A DNA stretch of 64,000 nucleotides. Source: a virus. Taxonomy: Duplodnaviria > Caudoviricetes. Position 1 is the first letter of the stretch. Each line of letters starts with the position of its first letter. A program made the translations under genes and the position numbers. Below are positions 27,201 through 35,459 of the stretch, in pieces. The notes under the pieces are model-generated. The model saw only the letters and a list, made by a program, of their open reading frames with translations, made no database searches and had not been told where the DNA came from. The stretch is from positions 8,053 to 72,052 of the IMG/VR virus record IMGVR_UViG_3300021399_000012, one strand, 5' to 3'.

Positions 27201-27473
27201 GGTAAAGATACTAGAATTAAGATAGAAGATGATGAATGGGAAGCTATACAGGCTGGAGCTATATCGGATAGTAAATTAGAGGAGATACTGAAGTATTGCG
27301 ATCTAGATGTTCTTAGAGAACGTGCAATGCCAAAGACTCAAAAGACATTATCCAATGCTCAGGCAGCTAGAATTAAAGCTATGAAGAACTCAGGCTTTAC
27401 AATAGCTGAAATAGCTGAACAAATGTCGTTGTCAACATCAACAGTGTCAAAGTACATTAAAGAAGCTGCTTAA
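24273..27473 (+). CDS. Single-chain two-barrel (DPBB) RNA polymerase, probably virion-associated
   Basis: QVR...YLKG, RYPHAG and LSGADFDGD catalytic motifs; HTH-like segments near the N-terminus and at the C-terminus; acidic leader ending in LMH. Confidence 0.85.
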   Translation: MEEFFDDDFEEDSEESLMHYGTKRHSGRYKYGSGENPYQHEAWFVWNYNTIKKNNFGISDDDIRKAMGYTGNGGKAKFNREKERAFDNIKDIADVIMQKEGYTRDSEVARALGMSSGDLRALKGIAKAKQNEDLMRRNLQLVEHGYSSRNKRAEMLGIPESTLRNMEKDGYMERNSKAYNVAEEMKKYIKDDKSYYDVGKGINYSLNVSEHTMQEALTILKNQGYGVHNIQVPQATNPDQKTTVSVLGPQGASWADTMKNQNNISTFDMYFNDDGKTRRGIYEPKSIDSSRIKIHYGDEQFQGTLGTDMDGVIQLRRGVGDISLGKASYAQVRIMVDGTHYLKGMAIYSDNMPAGKDIIFNTNKPSGTPASKVFKSLKTVDIKDANGNVIKTEIDKDNPFGANIKAGGQNFYKNKNGEYVQTSIDNFEKATASNIKKSIDGERYSLSAANIIKEEGDWNHYQKKLASQFLSKQPMELINKQLNLTYADKNAEFEEIKSLTNPTIKRKLLADFAESCDKAAVDLKVAALPGQTAKVILPVTDLKEGECYCPTYKDGTYLALVRYPHAGTFEIPIVKVNNKNKQGQSIVGPNAQDAIGISAKDAEQLSGADFDGDTVVCLPTTRKPTANGIYIASRKPFESLKNFSTNEYAISDERFKATGEYILGKNPLKTDTEKVANLKNKIANGYKPTEADFIEVGKEKLVMTEDAKQKQMGVVSNLITDMTLKGASPDELARATKASMVVIDAVKHELDYKQAYEDCRIPELKKIYQKEYNEETGETTGGASTLISRSKSEVRIKERKEGSTDYIDPKTGEKGKARMYYDPNTGKRIYTETGRTYTDKNGNEVEALQKVTRMAYADDAMDLVSQMGTQQEKAYARYANALKEMARESRKELYKTDRAVYDKDAKEKYAIQVERLQSKLELAVANSPRERQAQIDANKTIKEAIQRDPSLKDDKEHNARLRQQAIAASRDKYGAKGKDTRIKIEDDEWEAIQAGAISDSKLEEILKYCDLDVLRERAMPKTQKTLSNAQAARIKAMKNSGFTIAEIAEQMSLSTSTVSKYIKEAA

Positions 27474-27501
27474 TTAAAGTTTGAGAAAGGAGAAAAATTA
27501 A

Positions 27502-27744
27502 ATGGCTAAAGCTTATATGTTAACAACAGTTGATAATCCATTCAATCCTTTTGAAGACTTTGAGAAATGGTATCAGTTTGATGAGGAAAAAGGTTATCAT
27601 TCATGTCAAAGATTGGCAAGATTCACAAACAATTCAGATTTCATGTCTGATGCTGAGCAAAGAGAAGATCAATCACAAGCAATTGATAAAATTATTGCTT
27701 TAGACTTTACAAATTTGTATAAAAAAGTTTCTAAAGATCTTTGA
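27502..27744 (+). CDS. Hypothetical protein downstream of the RNAP gene (80 aa)
   Basis: AAGGAG RBS; YMLTTVDNPFNPF motif. Confidence 0.75.
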   Translation: MAKAYMLTTVDNPFNPFEDFEKWYQFDEEKGYHSCQRLARFTNNSDFMSDAEQREDQSQAIDKIIALDFTNLYKKVSKDL

Positions 27745-27880
27745 TTGACTCATTGAATGAATCATTTCTAAATTAAAAAGAAGATTGTTGTGTGATTTAA
27801 TATTTATTTTGGATTCTTCTTTCTGTTTTCATTCTTTTGGTTGGCACACTGAGGCTAATCGGATATAAAAAGAATGGACA

Positions 27881-27950
27881 GGGGGAGGGGTCCGCTAAAT
27901 ATACACCCCCTCCTATATCGCGGCGGTCTTAAAAAATTCTCCGGAGGGAT
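27881..27950. other. GC-rich island upstream of the terminase genes; candidate cos/packaging site
   Basis: GGAGGGG...CCCCTCC inverted repeat and CGCGGCGG in an AT-rich intergenic region upstream of terS and HNH. Confidence 0.4.
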
Positions 27951-27961
27951 ATTTTTAAAAC

Positions 27962-28071
27962 TTATATCGGTATTAGTACTGGGCATTTAAGCGTGAACGC
28001 GTGGAAAAATCCCCCAGCTAAAAAGTACACCATAAGTAATGCTTAAGTGCTCAGTACTGATACTGATATAA
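27962..28071 (+). ncRNA. 33-bp stem-loop in the leader of the packaging operon
   Basis: All five non-Watson-Crick positions are G.U on the + strand; 44-nt loop. Confidence 0.55.
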
Positions 28072-28102
28072 ATTATATATCAGGTAAAAGGAGTGAAAAC
28101 TA

Positions 28103-28444
28103 TTGGGAAAGGCTAAGCAAACTAGTGATGGTTTTGAGGCTAAGACTCGTCCAGCGTTGTCTCCAGAAGCAAAACAAGCTCAATTGATAGGTTTAGCCAT
28201 GGATAATGTCGAACGACGTCTAAGAGAGAACAAAGCCTCAGCTCAAGAGATCATTCACTTTTTAAAATTAGGTACAGTCCAGGCAGAATTGGACTTAGAG
28301 AGAGCAAAATTAGAAAACGAATTAGTAAAAGCTAAAACAGAATCACTTCAGTCGGCAGCAAAGATGGAAGAAACATATACGAAAGCTCTAGAAGCTATGC
28401 GAAGATATTCTGGACATGGGGACGAAGAGGATGAGAACATATAG
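28103..28444 (+). CDS. Putative terminase small subunit
   Basis: Position before HNH and terL; helical 113-aa protein; TTG start with GGAG RBS. Confidence 0.6.
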   Translation: MGKAKQTSDGFEAKTRPALSPEAKQAQLIGLAMDNVERRLRENKASAQEIIHFLKLGTVQAELDLERAKLENELVKAKTESLQSAAKMEETYTKALEAMRRYSGHGDEEDENI

Positions 28445-28841
28445 CGAGTTAATACAAATACCAACTTTCGAAGAAAGACTATTATATTTAAAGTTAGATT
28501 CGAAAGTAGGATTCACAACATTTGGTGGTAACCGATACATGAATCAGCAATTCTATAATTCTAAAGAATGGAAAGATATTTGTAGCTTTGTGATAACTCG
28601 TGATAATGGATGTGATCTAGGCGTTAAAGGATACGAATTGTTTGATGATATTTTAGTTCATCATATGAATCCTATAAACGTTGATGACATAAGATTCTCA
28701 ACACCGTTTCTTTTAGATCCGGAATATTTAATTTCTACATCTCGTAGAACTCACAACGATATACATTATGGTAATGACACAATTATATCTAGAGAACCAA
28801 TCATTAGAAAACCGAATGACACGATTCCTTGGAAACAATAA
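28431..28841 (+). CDS. HNH endonuclease (packaging-associated)
   Basis: RDNGCD...VHHMNP...HNDIH. Confidence 0.8.
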   Translation: MRTYSELIQIPTFEERLLYLKLDSKVGFTTFGGNRYMNQQFYNSKEWKDICSFVITRDNGCDLGVKGYELFDDILVHHMNPINVDDIRFSTPFLLDPEYLISTSRRTHNDIHYGNDTIISREPIIRKPNDTIPWKQ

Positions 28842-28853
28842 TGTTTAATAGGA

Positions 28854-29675
28854 GTGACCTATATGAGTGAACAATATTTAGCCCATCATGGCATACGAGG
28901 TCAAAAATGGGGAAAGAAAAATGGTCCCCCTTATCCTTTAGATTGGACCGATCATTCTACAGCAGAAAAGAAAGAACTGACTAAGGATGAAATACGTGCC
29001 ATGACTGAGGACATGGATGAAGTTACAAACTTCAACAAGAGAGTAGCTGTGTACTATGATACAAAGATGGAAGTCAATAAATCGCAGGCACAGTATCTCG
29101 ATAGTAAGAAAACCGCAGGAGAAAAATTCAAAGAGAATCTCAAGAATAAATTAACCAGCGGAATTATCGACGGATTGAGCAAAGGTGCTTCAAAAGCTGT
29201 TGAAACATCCATAAACAACATCACTGATGAATTATGGAAGAGAGCGAGAGAGCAGATGGATCCAGAAGGCGAAGCTATGAAAGCTAAGACTGCTGAACTG
29301 GAAAGAAAGAATGCTTTATCGAAAGCACAAAGCGAATACGATCGATACAAGAAAGAAAAAGAGAACAAGCAGGTAAACGATGTGTTATCTAAGCTTGACC
29401 TAGAAGACAAATTACGTAAAGCAACACAAGCGAAAGAAGACGCTTCTTATTATAGAGAAAAAGAACTTGCAAATAGAGCAAGGGAAGAAGCCGAGACAAA
29501 GGCTAAAACTCAGGAAGCTCTTAATAAGCTTGCTAAAGCAGAATATGAGCGTGATTTAATGTCAAACGACCCATCTAAGTTCTTTAGTAATGATAAAAAA
29601 TCAAAAGGTTCATCAGACAGTCTATCAGAAGATGACGTACGTAGAATAGCTAAAGAAATAATGGATGAGATGTAA
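28854..29675 (+). CDS. Putative internal head protein with LAH-HGIRGQKWG motif (273 aa)
   Basis: YLAHHGIRGQKWGKKNGPPYPL followed by a Lys/Glu-rich coiled coil. Confidence 0.7.
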   Translation: MTYMSEQYLAHHGIRGQKWGKKNGPPYPLDWTDHSTAEKKELTKDEIRAMTEDMDEVTNFNKRVAVYYDTKMEVNKSQAQYLDSKKTAGEKFKENLKNKLTSGIIDGLSKGASKAVETSINNITDELWKRAREQMDPEGEAMKAKTAELERKNALSKAQSEYDRYKKEKENKQVNDVLSKLDLEDKLRKATQAKEDASYYREKELANRAREEAETKAKTQEALNKLAKAEYERDLMSNDPSKFFSNDKKSKGSSDSLSEDDVRRIAKEIMDEM

Positions 29676-29704
29676 AAAAAATCAAAATACGGGGGTAAAT
29701 AGAA

Positions 29705-31444
29705 ATGGCGTTGTCCAATACAGCGGTTCCCGTTTACTATGGACAATTTAGAGATCAAGTCTTACGTGGTGAAATACCCGTAAACGAGTTCATAGCCATG
29801 GAAATGAACCGTATCGATAGTCTAATAGCCAATCCAGGAATTTATTACGATGATAAAGCTATGGATGGTTTTGTAGAGTTCTGTGAATGCGAGTTAACAC
29901 TTACGGATGGTGCAGACCTAAAGCTATTAGACTCATTTAAATTATGGGCCGAACAAATATTCGGCTGGTATTACTTTCAAGAACGTAGTGTCCCAGTACC
30001 AGATGAAAATGGTATAACACATTACGTTAAGAAAACTATCAAGAAACGTTTAGTTAATAAACAGTATTTGATAGTTGCCAGAGGTGCTGCCAAATCAATG
30101 TATGGTTCTTGTATACAGAACTATTTCTTGAATGTTGACACATCAACTACACATCAGATAGCAACTGCTCCAACTATGAAGCAGGCCGATGAAGTTATGT
30201 CACCTATAAGAACTGCCATAACAAGAGCTAGAGGTCCTTTGTTTAAATTCTTAACAGAAGGATCTTTACAAAACACCACTGGTTCTAAAGCCAATAGAGT
30301 TAAACTGGCATCTACGAAAAAGGGTATAGAAAATTTCCTGACTGGTTCTCTATTGGAAGTTAGACCAATGAGCATAAATAAGCTTCAAGGTTTAAGACCA
30401 AAGATTTGTACAATCGATGAGTGGCTATCAGGAGATATACGAGAGGATGTAATCGGTGCATTAGAGCAAGGTGCCTCTAAGATAGATGACTATTTAATAG
30501 TTGCTATATCTTCAGAAGGTACAGTTCGAAATGGAGCTGGAGACACAATCAAAATGGAGCTCTTAGATATTCTTAAGGGCGAGTATGTGAATCCTCACGT
30601 ATCTATATGGTACTATAGACTTGATAAAGTGGAAGAAGTTGCCGATCCTAATATGTGGATAAAAGCAAACCCAAATATAGGTCTGACTGTTTCTTATGAA
30701 ACATATCAATTGGACGTAGAAAGAGCCGAGAAAGCTCCAGCTGCTAGAAATGATATTTTAGCAAAGAGATTCGGAATTCCTATGGAAGGTTACACATATT
30801 TCTTCTCATATGAAGAGACTATACCTCATAGAAAACAGAATTTCTGTGGTATGCCATGCGCTTTGGGTGGCGATATGTCACAGGGCGATGACTTCTGTGC
30901 ATTTACATTCTTATTCCCATTACGTGATGGATTCGGAGTGAAGACTCGAAGTTATATTTCATCATTAACATTACATCGATTACCAGGAGCTATGCGAGCA
31001 AAGTATGACGAGTTCATAGAAGAAGGAAGCTTGATAGTATTGGAAGGCAATATTCTTGATATGATGGAAGTTTACGACGATCTCGATAAACACATAATCG
31101 ATCAAGAGTATGACGTTCGATGCTTTGGCTATGATCCATATAATGCTAAAGAATTTGTAGCTAGATGGGAACTCGAGAATGGACCTTTCGGTATAGAGAA
31201 AGTAATACAAGGAGCGAGAACAGAAACAGTTCCACTCGGAGAACTTAAGAAATTATCAGAAGAAAGAGCACTATTATTCGACGAAGAGCTTATGTGCTTT
31301 ACAATGGGTAATTGTATAACACTAGAGGATACAAATGGTAATAGAAAGTTGTTAAAGAAGAGATATGAAGCTAAAATCGATAATGTAGCAGCTATGATGG
31401 ATGCGTTTGTAGCTTATAAGTTGAATAAAGATGCATTCGAGTAA
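29705..31444 (+). CDS. terL: Terminase large subunit
   Basis: Walker A VARGAAKS, Walker B TIDEW, nuclease GGDMSQGDD, KIDNVAA. Confidence 0.92.
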   Translation: MALSNTAVPVYYGQFRDQVLRGEIPVNEFIAMEMNRIDSLIANPGIYYDDKAMDGFVEFCECELTLTDGADLKLLDSFKLWAEQIFGWYYFQERSVPVPDENGITHYVKKTIKKRLVNKQYLIVARGAAKSMYGSCIQNYFLNVDTSTTHQIATAPTMKQADEVMSPIRTAITRARGPLFKFLTEGSLQNTTGSKANRVKLASTKKGIENFLTGSLLEVRPMSINKLQGLRPKICTIDEWLSGDIREDVIGALEQGASKIDDYLIVAISSEGTVRNGAGDTIKMELLDILKGEYVNPHVSIWYYRLDKVEEVADPNMWIKANPNIGLTVSYETYQLDVERAEKAPAARNDILAKRFGIPMEGYTYFFSYEETIPHRKQNFCGMPCALGGDMSQGDDFCAFTFLFPLRDGFGVKTRSYISSLTLHRLPGAMRAKYDEFIEEGSLIVLEGNILDMMEVYDDLDKHIIDQEYDVRCFGYDPYNAKEFVARWELENGPFGIEKVIQGARTETVPLGELKKLSEERALLFDEELMCFTMGNCITLEDTNGNRKLLKKRYEAKIDNVAAMMDAFVAYKLNKDAFE

Positions 31445-31456
31445 AAGGAAAGAATT

Positions 31457-32266
31457 ATGGAAAGAGCAGAGTTTTATTCAGCACTATATGATTCTAATAA
31501 TTATTTAGAGCATCATGGTGTTGATGGACAGAAATGGGGTAAACGTAATGGACCTCCATATCCATTGAATTCCGAGGGTAAAGCAAGTCTGAAGAAACAG
31601 AGAAAAGCTGAGAAATTAAATACCGAGAATAAATTAGCATATGAACAATATAAATATGCTGGAAGAGCGAATACTGCATATAATGTTAAAGTGGCAGGTC
31701 GTGTAGCAGCTCCTGTTGGAGGTATAATTGGAGCTGGTATAGGTAGCACGGTAGGACCTGAAGGCACTGTATTAGGCACAATAGCCGGACTTGCAATAGC
31801 TGATCTTGGTGCGTCAGCAACCTCTGGTATTATTAATCTCGGTATGAATGCAGTAAGAAATAGCAAGTATAAAAAAGCTCTCATAGAGTCGCAGAAACGT
31901 GCAGAAGATGATTTGGATAGACTTATGATATCGAAAAAATACAAACCAAATCTCGATAGCGGTGGTGATTTTATGACAAAGACAATTAATGGTGTTGAGA
32001 TTGATGTCGATTATACATACGACGCAGATCGTAACCGTATCGCAAAAAATGTCCAAAAATTAGAACCTAAGGTTGGATATATAAATGATCAGTTCACAAA
32101 GGAGTTGAAAGATAATGGCTATGGTGCACTTGTGAATAATAAAAGACATATGTATATATCAGATACAGTTTGCGAGATAGGTACCTATCACGACGGCCAT
32201 GACTATTCAACATATATAAACGAAGAAAATGGTAAAATTGAAAAAGGCATTATGATGAATGGTTAA
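31457..32266 (+). CDS. Putative internal head/ejection protein with LEH-HGVDGQKWG motif and Gly-rich hydrophobic hairpin (269 aa)
   Basis: 19-aa leader; GGIIGAGIG...GTIAGLAIA segment. Confidence 0.7.
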   Translation: MERAEFYSALYDSNNYLEHHGVDGQKWGKRNGPPYPLNSEGKASLKKQRKAEKLNTENKLAYEQYKYAGRANTAYNVKVAGRVAAPVGGIIGAGIGSTVGPEGTVLGTIAGLAIADLGASATSGIINLGMNAVRNSKYKKALIESQKRAEDDLDRLMISKKYKPNLDSGGDFMTKTINGVEIDVDYTYDADRNRIAKNVQKLEPKVGYINDQFTKELKDNGYGALVNNKRHMYISDTVCEIGTYHDGHDYSTYINEENGKIEKGIMMNG

Positions 32267-32325
32267 CCTATAAACAAAAAAGAACTTGAGTTATGAAAAA
32301 ATCAAAATAAGGAGAACATTGTGTA

Positions 32326-32700
32326 ATGAATGAATCAATATTATCTACTATAAAAGATATGCTAGATGTTGATGTTGACCCAGAAGAAGATGAAATTGGA
32401 GAATTCGACAATATATTAATTATTAATATTAATACAGTGTTCTCCATATTAAATCAAATGGGAGTGGGCACAGATGAACCATTTGTTATTACGGGCTATG
32501 ATGAGACATGGGACCAATTTATAGGAGAAGCTGTAGGTATTGAAATGGTGAAAACTTATATTTACTTAAAAGTAAAGATGATGTTCGATCCACCATCAGG
32601 AGCCCAAAAAGAAGCAAATGAAAATGTAATTAAAGAACTGGAATATAGACTATATGTTCTGGAAGATCTTAGAAAAGGAGCGATGAATAATGAATCGTGA
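32326..32700 (+). CDS. Putative head-tail adaptor/connector (124 aa)
   Basis: SIL.TIK.ML...FD..L...IN.VFS.L.Q.GVG...FDPP pattern typical of this module; remote assignment. Confidence 0.55.
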   Translation: MNESILSTIKDMLDVDVDPEEDEIGEFDNILIININTVFSILNQMGVGTDEPFVITGYDETWDQFIGEAVGIEMVKTYIYLKVKMMFDPPSGAQKEANENVIKELEYRLYVLEDLRKGAMNNES

Positions 32701-33061
32701 TGATTACTTCTCTAAATTAAGTAAATCTAAGAATGCATTGTCTCACGGAATGATGACTGCGGAACCCGTAGAGAGAGTCTACGTACCAGTGGTAAAAAAT
32801 GAGTCGTCTGACGCTGAAATAAAGAAGATGATTTCTAATTACGAGAAAGATATCGCAGCTAGAAAGTCTAAGTTAAAAGAACTTAGAGACAAACAGGAAG
32901 AACTCCGTGCTAATATGGAGTCCACACGAAATCTTTTAACAAGAATGGATGACGAAATGTCCGAGTTATCAAATCAGGTTGGCATTGTGAAAGATAGGAT
33001 ACTGGAAGACAATGCAAAGATTGATACTCTTCAATCATCCCTTAGAATTTTAGGAAAATAG
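32690..33061 (+). CDS. Coiled-coil protein with the 19-aa L-x-H leader (123 aa)
   Basis: MNRDDYFSKLSKSKNALSH-G. Confidence 0.7.
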   Translation: MNRDDYFSKLSKSKNALSHGMMTAEPVERVYVPVVKNESSDAEIKKMISNYEKDIAARKSKLKELRDKQEELRANMESTRNLLTRMDDEMSELSNQVGIVKDRILEDNAKIDTLQSSLRILGK

Positions 33062-33080
33062 TTATGGAAAGGAGACCACA

Positions 33081-34100
33081 ATGGATAGACGAGAATTCTA
33101 TTCTAACTTAGCTGATTCTAGAGAAGCTTTAGAACATGCTGAAGGTTTTCAGAGAGCAAATCACAAATACATAAATCGTTTCCGTGGTAGAAATGGTAAA
33201 TGGATTTACGAGTATGCTGAAGATCTGAAAGAGAAGGCTAATTCTACAGCTGCTAAAGCTAAGAAATCGCTAGGCTCTGCAGGAAATGATGCTAAGAAAA
33301 CATTAGACTCTGCAGGGGATAATGCTAAGAAAACATTGGCCAAAGCAAAAACTCGAGTGTCGAAAGGCATGAATATGGCTTCTAAATTTGGATCTGCTAA
33401 GCTTAAAGAACTGTCGAAAACCAGCGACACAGCAGTCGCAAAAGGAAAGTATCATTTAGCTAATCTAAAAAATAAAGTAGAAAAACCAACAGCTCCAGAA
33501 GAGTGGGAAAAATATGGCAAATATCAACGCGAATATGAAACTAAACAGGCTCGTATTGGCAAAGCCAGAGATCGTATGCATAAAATAGAAGCCGGTCACC
33601 ATACGTCTGATAAAAAGGCTGATAGAAAAGAACGTCTTAAGAACGTACAAAATGATTACAGTGTAGTCGGAAATGCTAACAAACAGCGCCAATTCATTGA
33701 AAATCAAGAATACGTAGAGAAAAAGCGACAAGAAGCCAAAAAGGCAAAAGAGAAAGATCGTAAAGATCGTATAGAATATAAAAAAGAAGCTGCACAAGAA
33801 GAAAGACTCGGTACTACATATGACAAGGCGCTCGATTCTATTTTCGATAAGACTGTTCGTGATAATAAAGAAAGATCACGACAGGCAAGTGCTAAAGATA
33901 CTCCTAAGGAGTATAAAGAAGAATACATATTTAACACTGGTAGTGGGTCTGATCAAGACATTCTTATAAACCTTAAGAGACAGGAAGACAGAGATAAGCT
34001 ATTAACAGCTAAAAAACGTGATGAAGCTGCTGCTCATAAGAAATATCTTGAAAAAATGCGTAGAGAACGTAATAGACAACGTCGTAACGATCGTACCTAA
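33081..34100 (+). CDS. Highly basic putative internal head protein with the 19-aa L-x-H leader (339 aa)
   Basis: MDRREFYSNLADSREALEH-A; HKYI....RNGKWIYEY; Lys/Arg-rich. Confidence 0.7.
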   Translation: MDRREFYSNLADSREALEHAEGFQRANHKYINRFRGRNGKWIYEYAEDLKEKANSTAAKAKKSLGSAGNDAKKTLDSAGDNAKKTLAKAKTRVSKGMNMASKFGSAKLKELSKTSDTAVAKGKYHLANLKNKVEKPTAPEEWEKYGKYQREYETKQARIGKARDRMHKIEAGHHTSDKKADRKERLKNVQNDYSVVGNANKQRQFIENQEYVEKKRQEAKKAKEKDRKDRIEYKKEAAQEERLGTTYDKALDSIFDKTVRDNKERSRQASAKDTPKEYKEEYIFNTGSGSDQDILINLKRQEDRDKLLTAKKRDEAAAHKKYLEKMRRERNRQRRNDRT

Positions 34101-34124
34101 TTCAAAATAAGGGAGAAATAACCT

Positions 34125-35441
34125 ATGCCAGCATTTACAGACAGACTGGCACATGCTTGGAACGCGTTCTTAAATAAAGACTCTACTGATTATTATGGCG
34201 GTCGAGAACTATCAAACTCCTTTGAGTATGGTTCTAACTTTAGACCTGACAGGCCTAGATTCACCAGAGGCAATGAGCGATCGATACTTACATCTATATA
34301 CAATAGAATGGCTTTGGATTGTGCATCAGTCGACATACAGCATGTCCAACTTGATGAAAACAATCGTTATGTATCGACTATTGATTCTGGATTGAATAAT
34401 TGCCTGACAGTCGAAGCAAACATAGATCAGACTGGAAGAGCATTTAGACAAGATATTTATATGTCTATGTTTGATGAAGGGTGCGTCGCAATCGTGGCTA
34501 CTGACACAGACATAAACCCTTTAGACACATCATCATATGATATACTGAGCATGCGAACTGGAAAAGTTACAGCGTGGTATCCAAAGCATGTAAGGGTTAA
34601 ATTGTATGATGAGAATACAGCATCCCACAGAGAAGTTGTATTGCCAAAGTCTAAGGTCGCGATAATAGAAAATCCATTTTATGCAGTAATGAATGAACCT
34701 AATTCTACTCTGCAGCGTTTAAAACGTAAATTGGTGCTCATAGATCAAATAGACGAACAAGCAGGTGCTAATAAATTAGACTTGATAATTCAATTGCCGT
34801 ATGTTGTTAAATCACAGGCAAGAAAACAGCAAGCAGAAGAACGTCGAGCAGAAATCGAAAATCAGCTTGCTAACGGTAAATATGGTATCGCATACACTGA
34901 CGGTACCGAACATATAACACAGCTAAATAGGTCGGTCGATAACCAACTGTTATCACAGATCGAATATTTAACAAATCAGTTGTATAGTCAATTAGGCATG
35001 ACAACTGCAATATTAGACGGTACTGCTGATGAAAGAACAATGCTAAACTATAACAACAGAGTTATAGAAGTATGTGTCTCAGCAGTAGTTGATGAGTTTA
35101 AGCGTACGTTCTTAACAAAGACGGCTAGAACTCAGAAAAAATCAATCATGTTCTTCAGAGATCCATTCAGACTTGTTCCTGTTGATAATCTTGCCGATAT
35201 CGCAGATAAGTTCACAAGAAATGAGATCCTTTCTTCTAATGAAGTTAGACAGATTATAGGTCTTAAGCCTATCAACGATCCGAAAGCAGACGAGTTAAGA
35301 AACAAGAATCTAAACGTCGCTGAAGGTCAAGAATACGCAACGACCAATCCTACTGCGCAGGTTGAGGGAAGTGCTGAAGAAACAGAAAATTATGATGCAG
35401 AAAACATGGCTCAAATGCCAGCATCATTATTTAACCAGTAA
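34125..35441 (+). CDS. Portal protein
   Basis: Position, size (438 aa) and HK97-type portal features. Confidence 0.85.
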   Translation: MPAFTDRLAHAWNAFLNKDSTDYYGGRELSNSFEYGSNFRPDRPRFTRGNERSILTSIYNRMALDCASVDIQHVQLDENNRYVSTIDSGLNNCLTVEANIDQTGRAFRQDIYMSMFDEGCVAIVATDTDINPLDTSSYDILSMRTGKVTAWYPKHVRVKLYDENTASHREVVLPKSKVAIIENPFYAVMNEPNSTLQRLKRKLVLIDQIDEQAGANKLDLIIQLPYVVKSQARKQQAEERRAEIENQLANGKYGIAYTDGTEHITQLNRSVDNQLLSQIEYLTNQLYSQLGMTTAILDGTADERTMLNYNNRVIEVCVSAVVDEFKRTFLTKTARTQKKSIMFFRDPFRLVPVDNLADIADKFTRNEILSSNEVRQIIGLKPINDPKADELRNKNLNVAEGQEYATTNPTAQVEGSAEETENYDAENMAQMPASLFNQ

Positions 35442-35459
35442 CATAGGAGGACATTCAAA

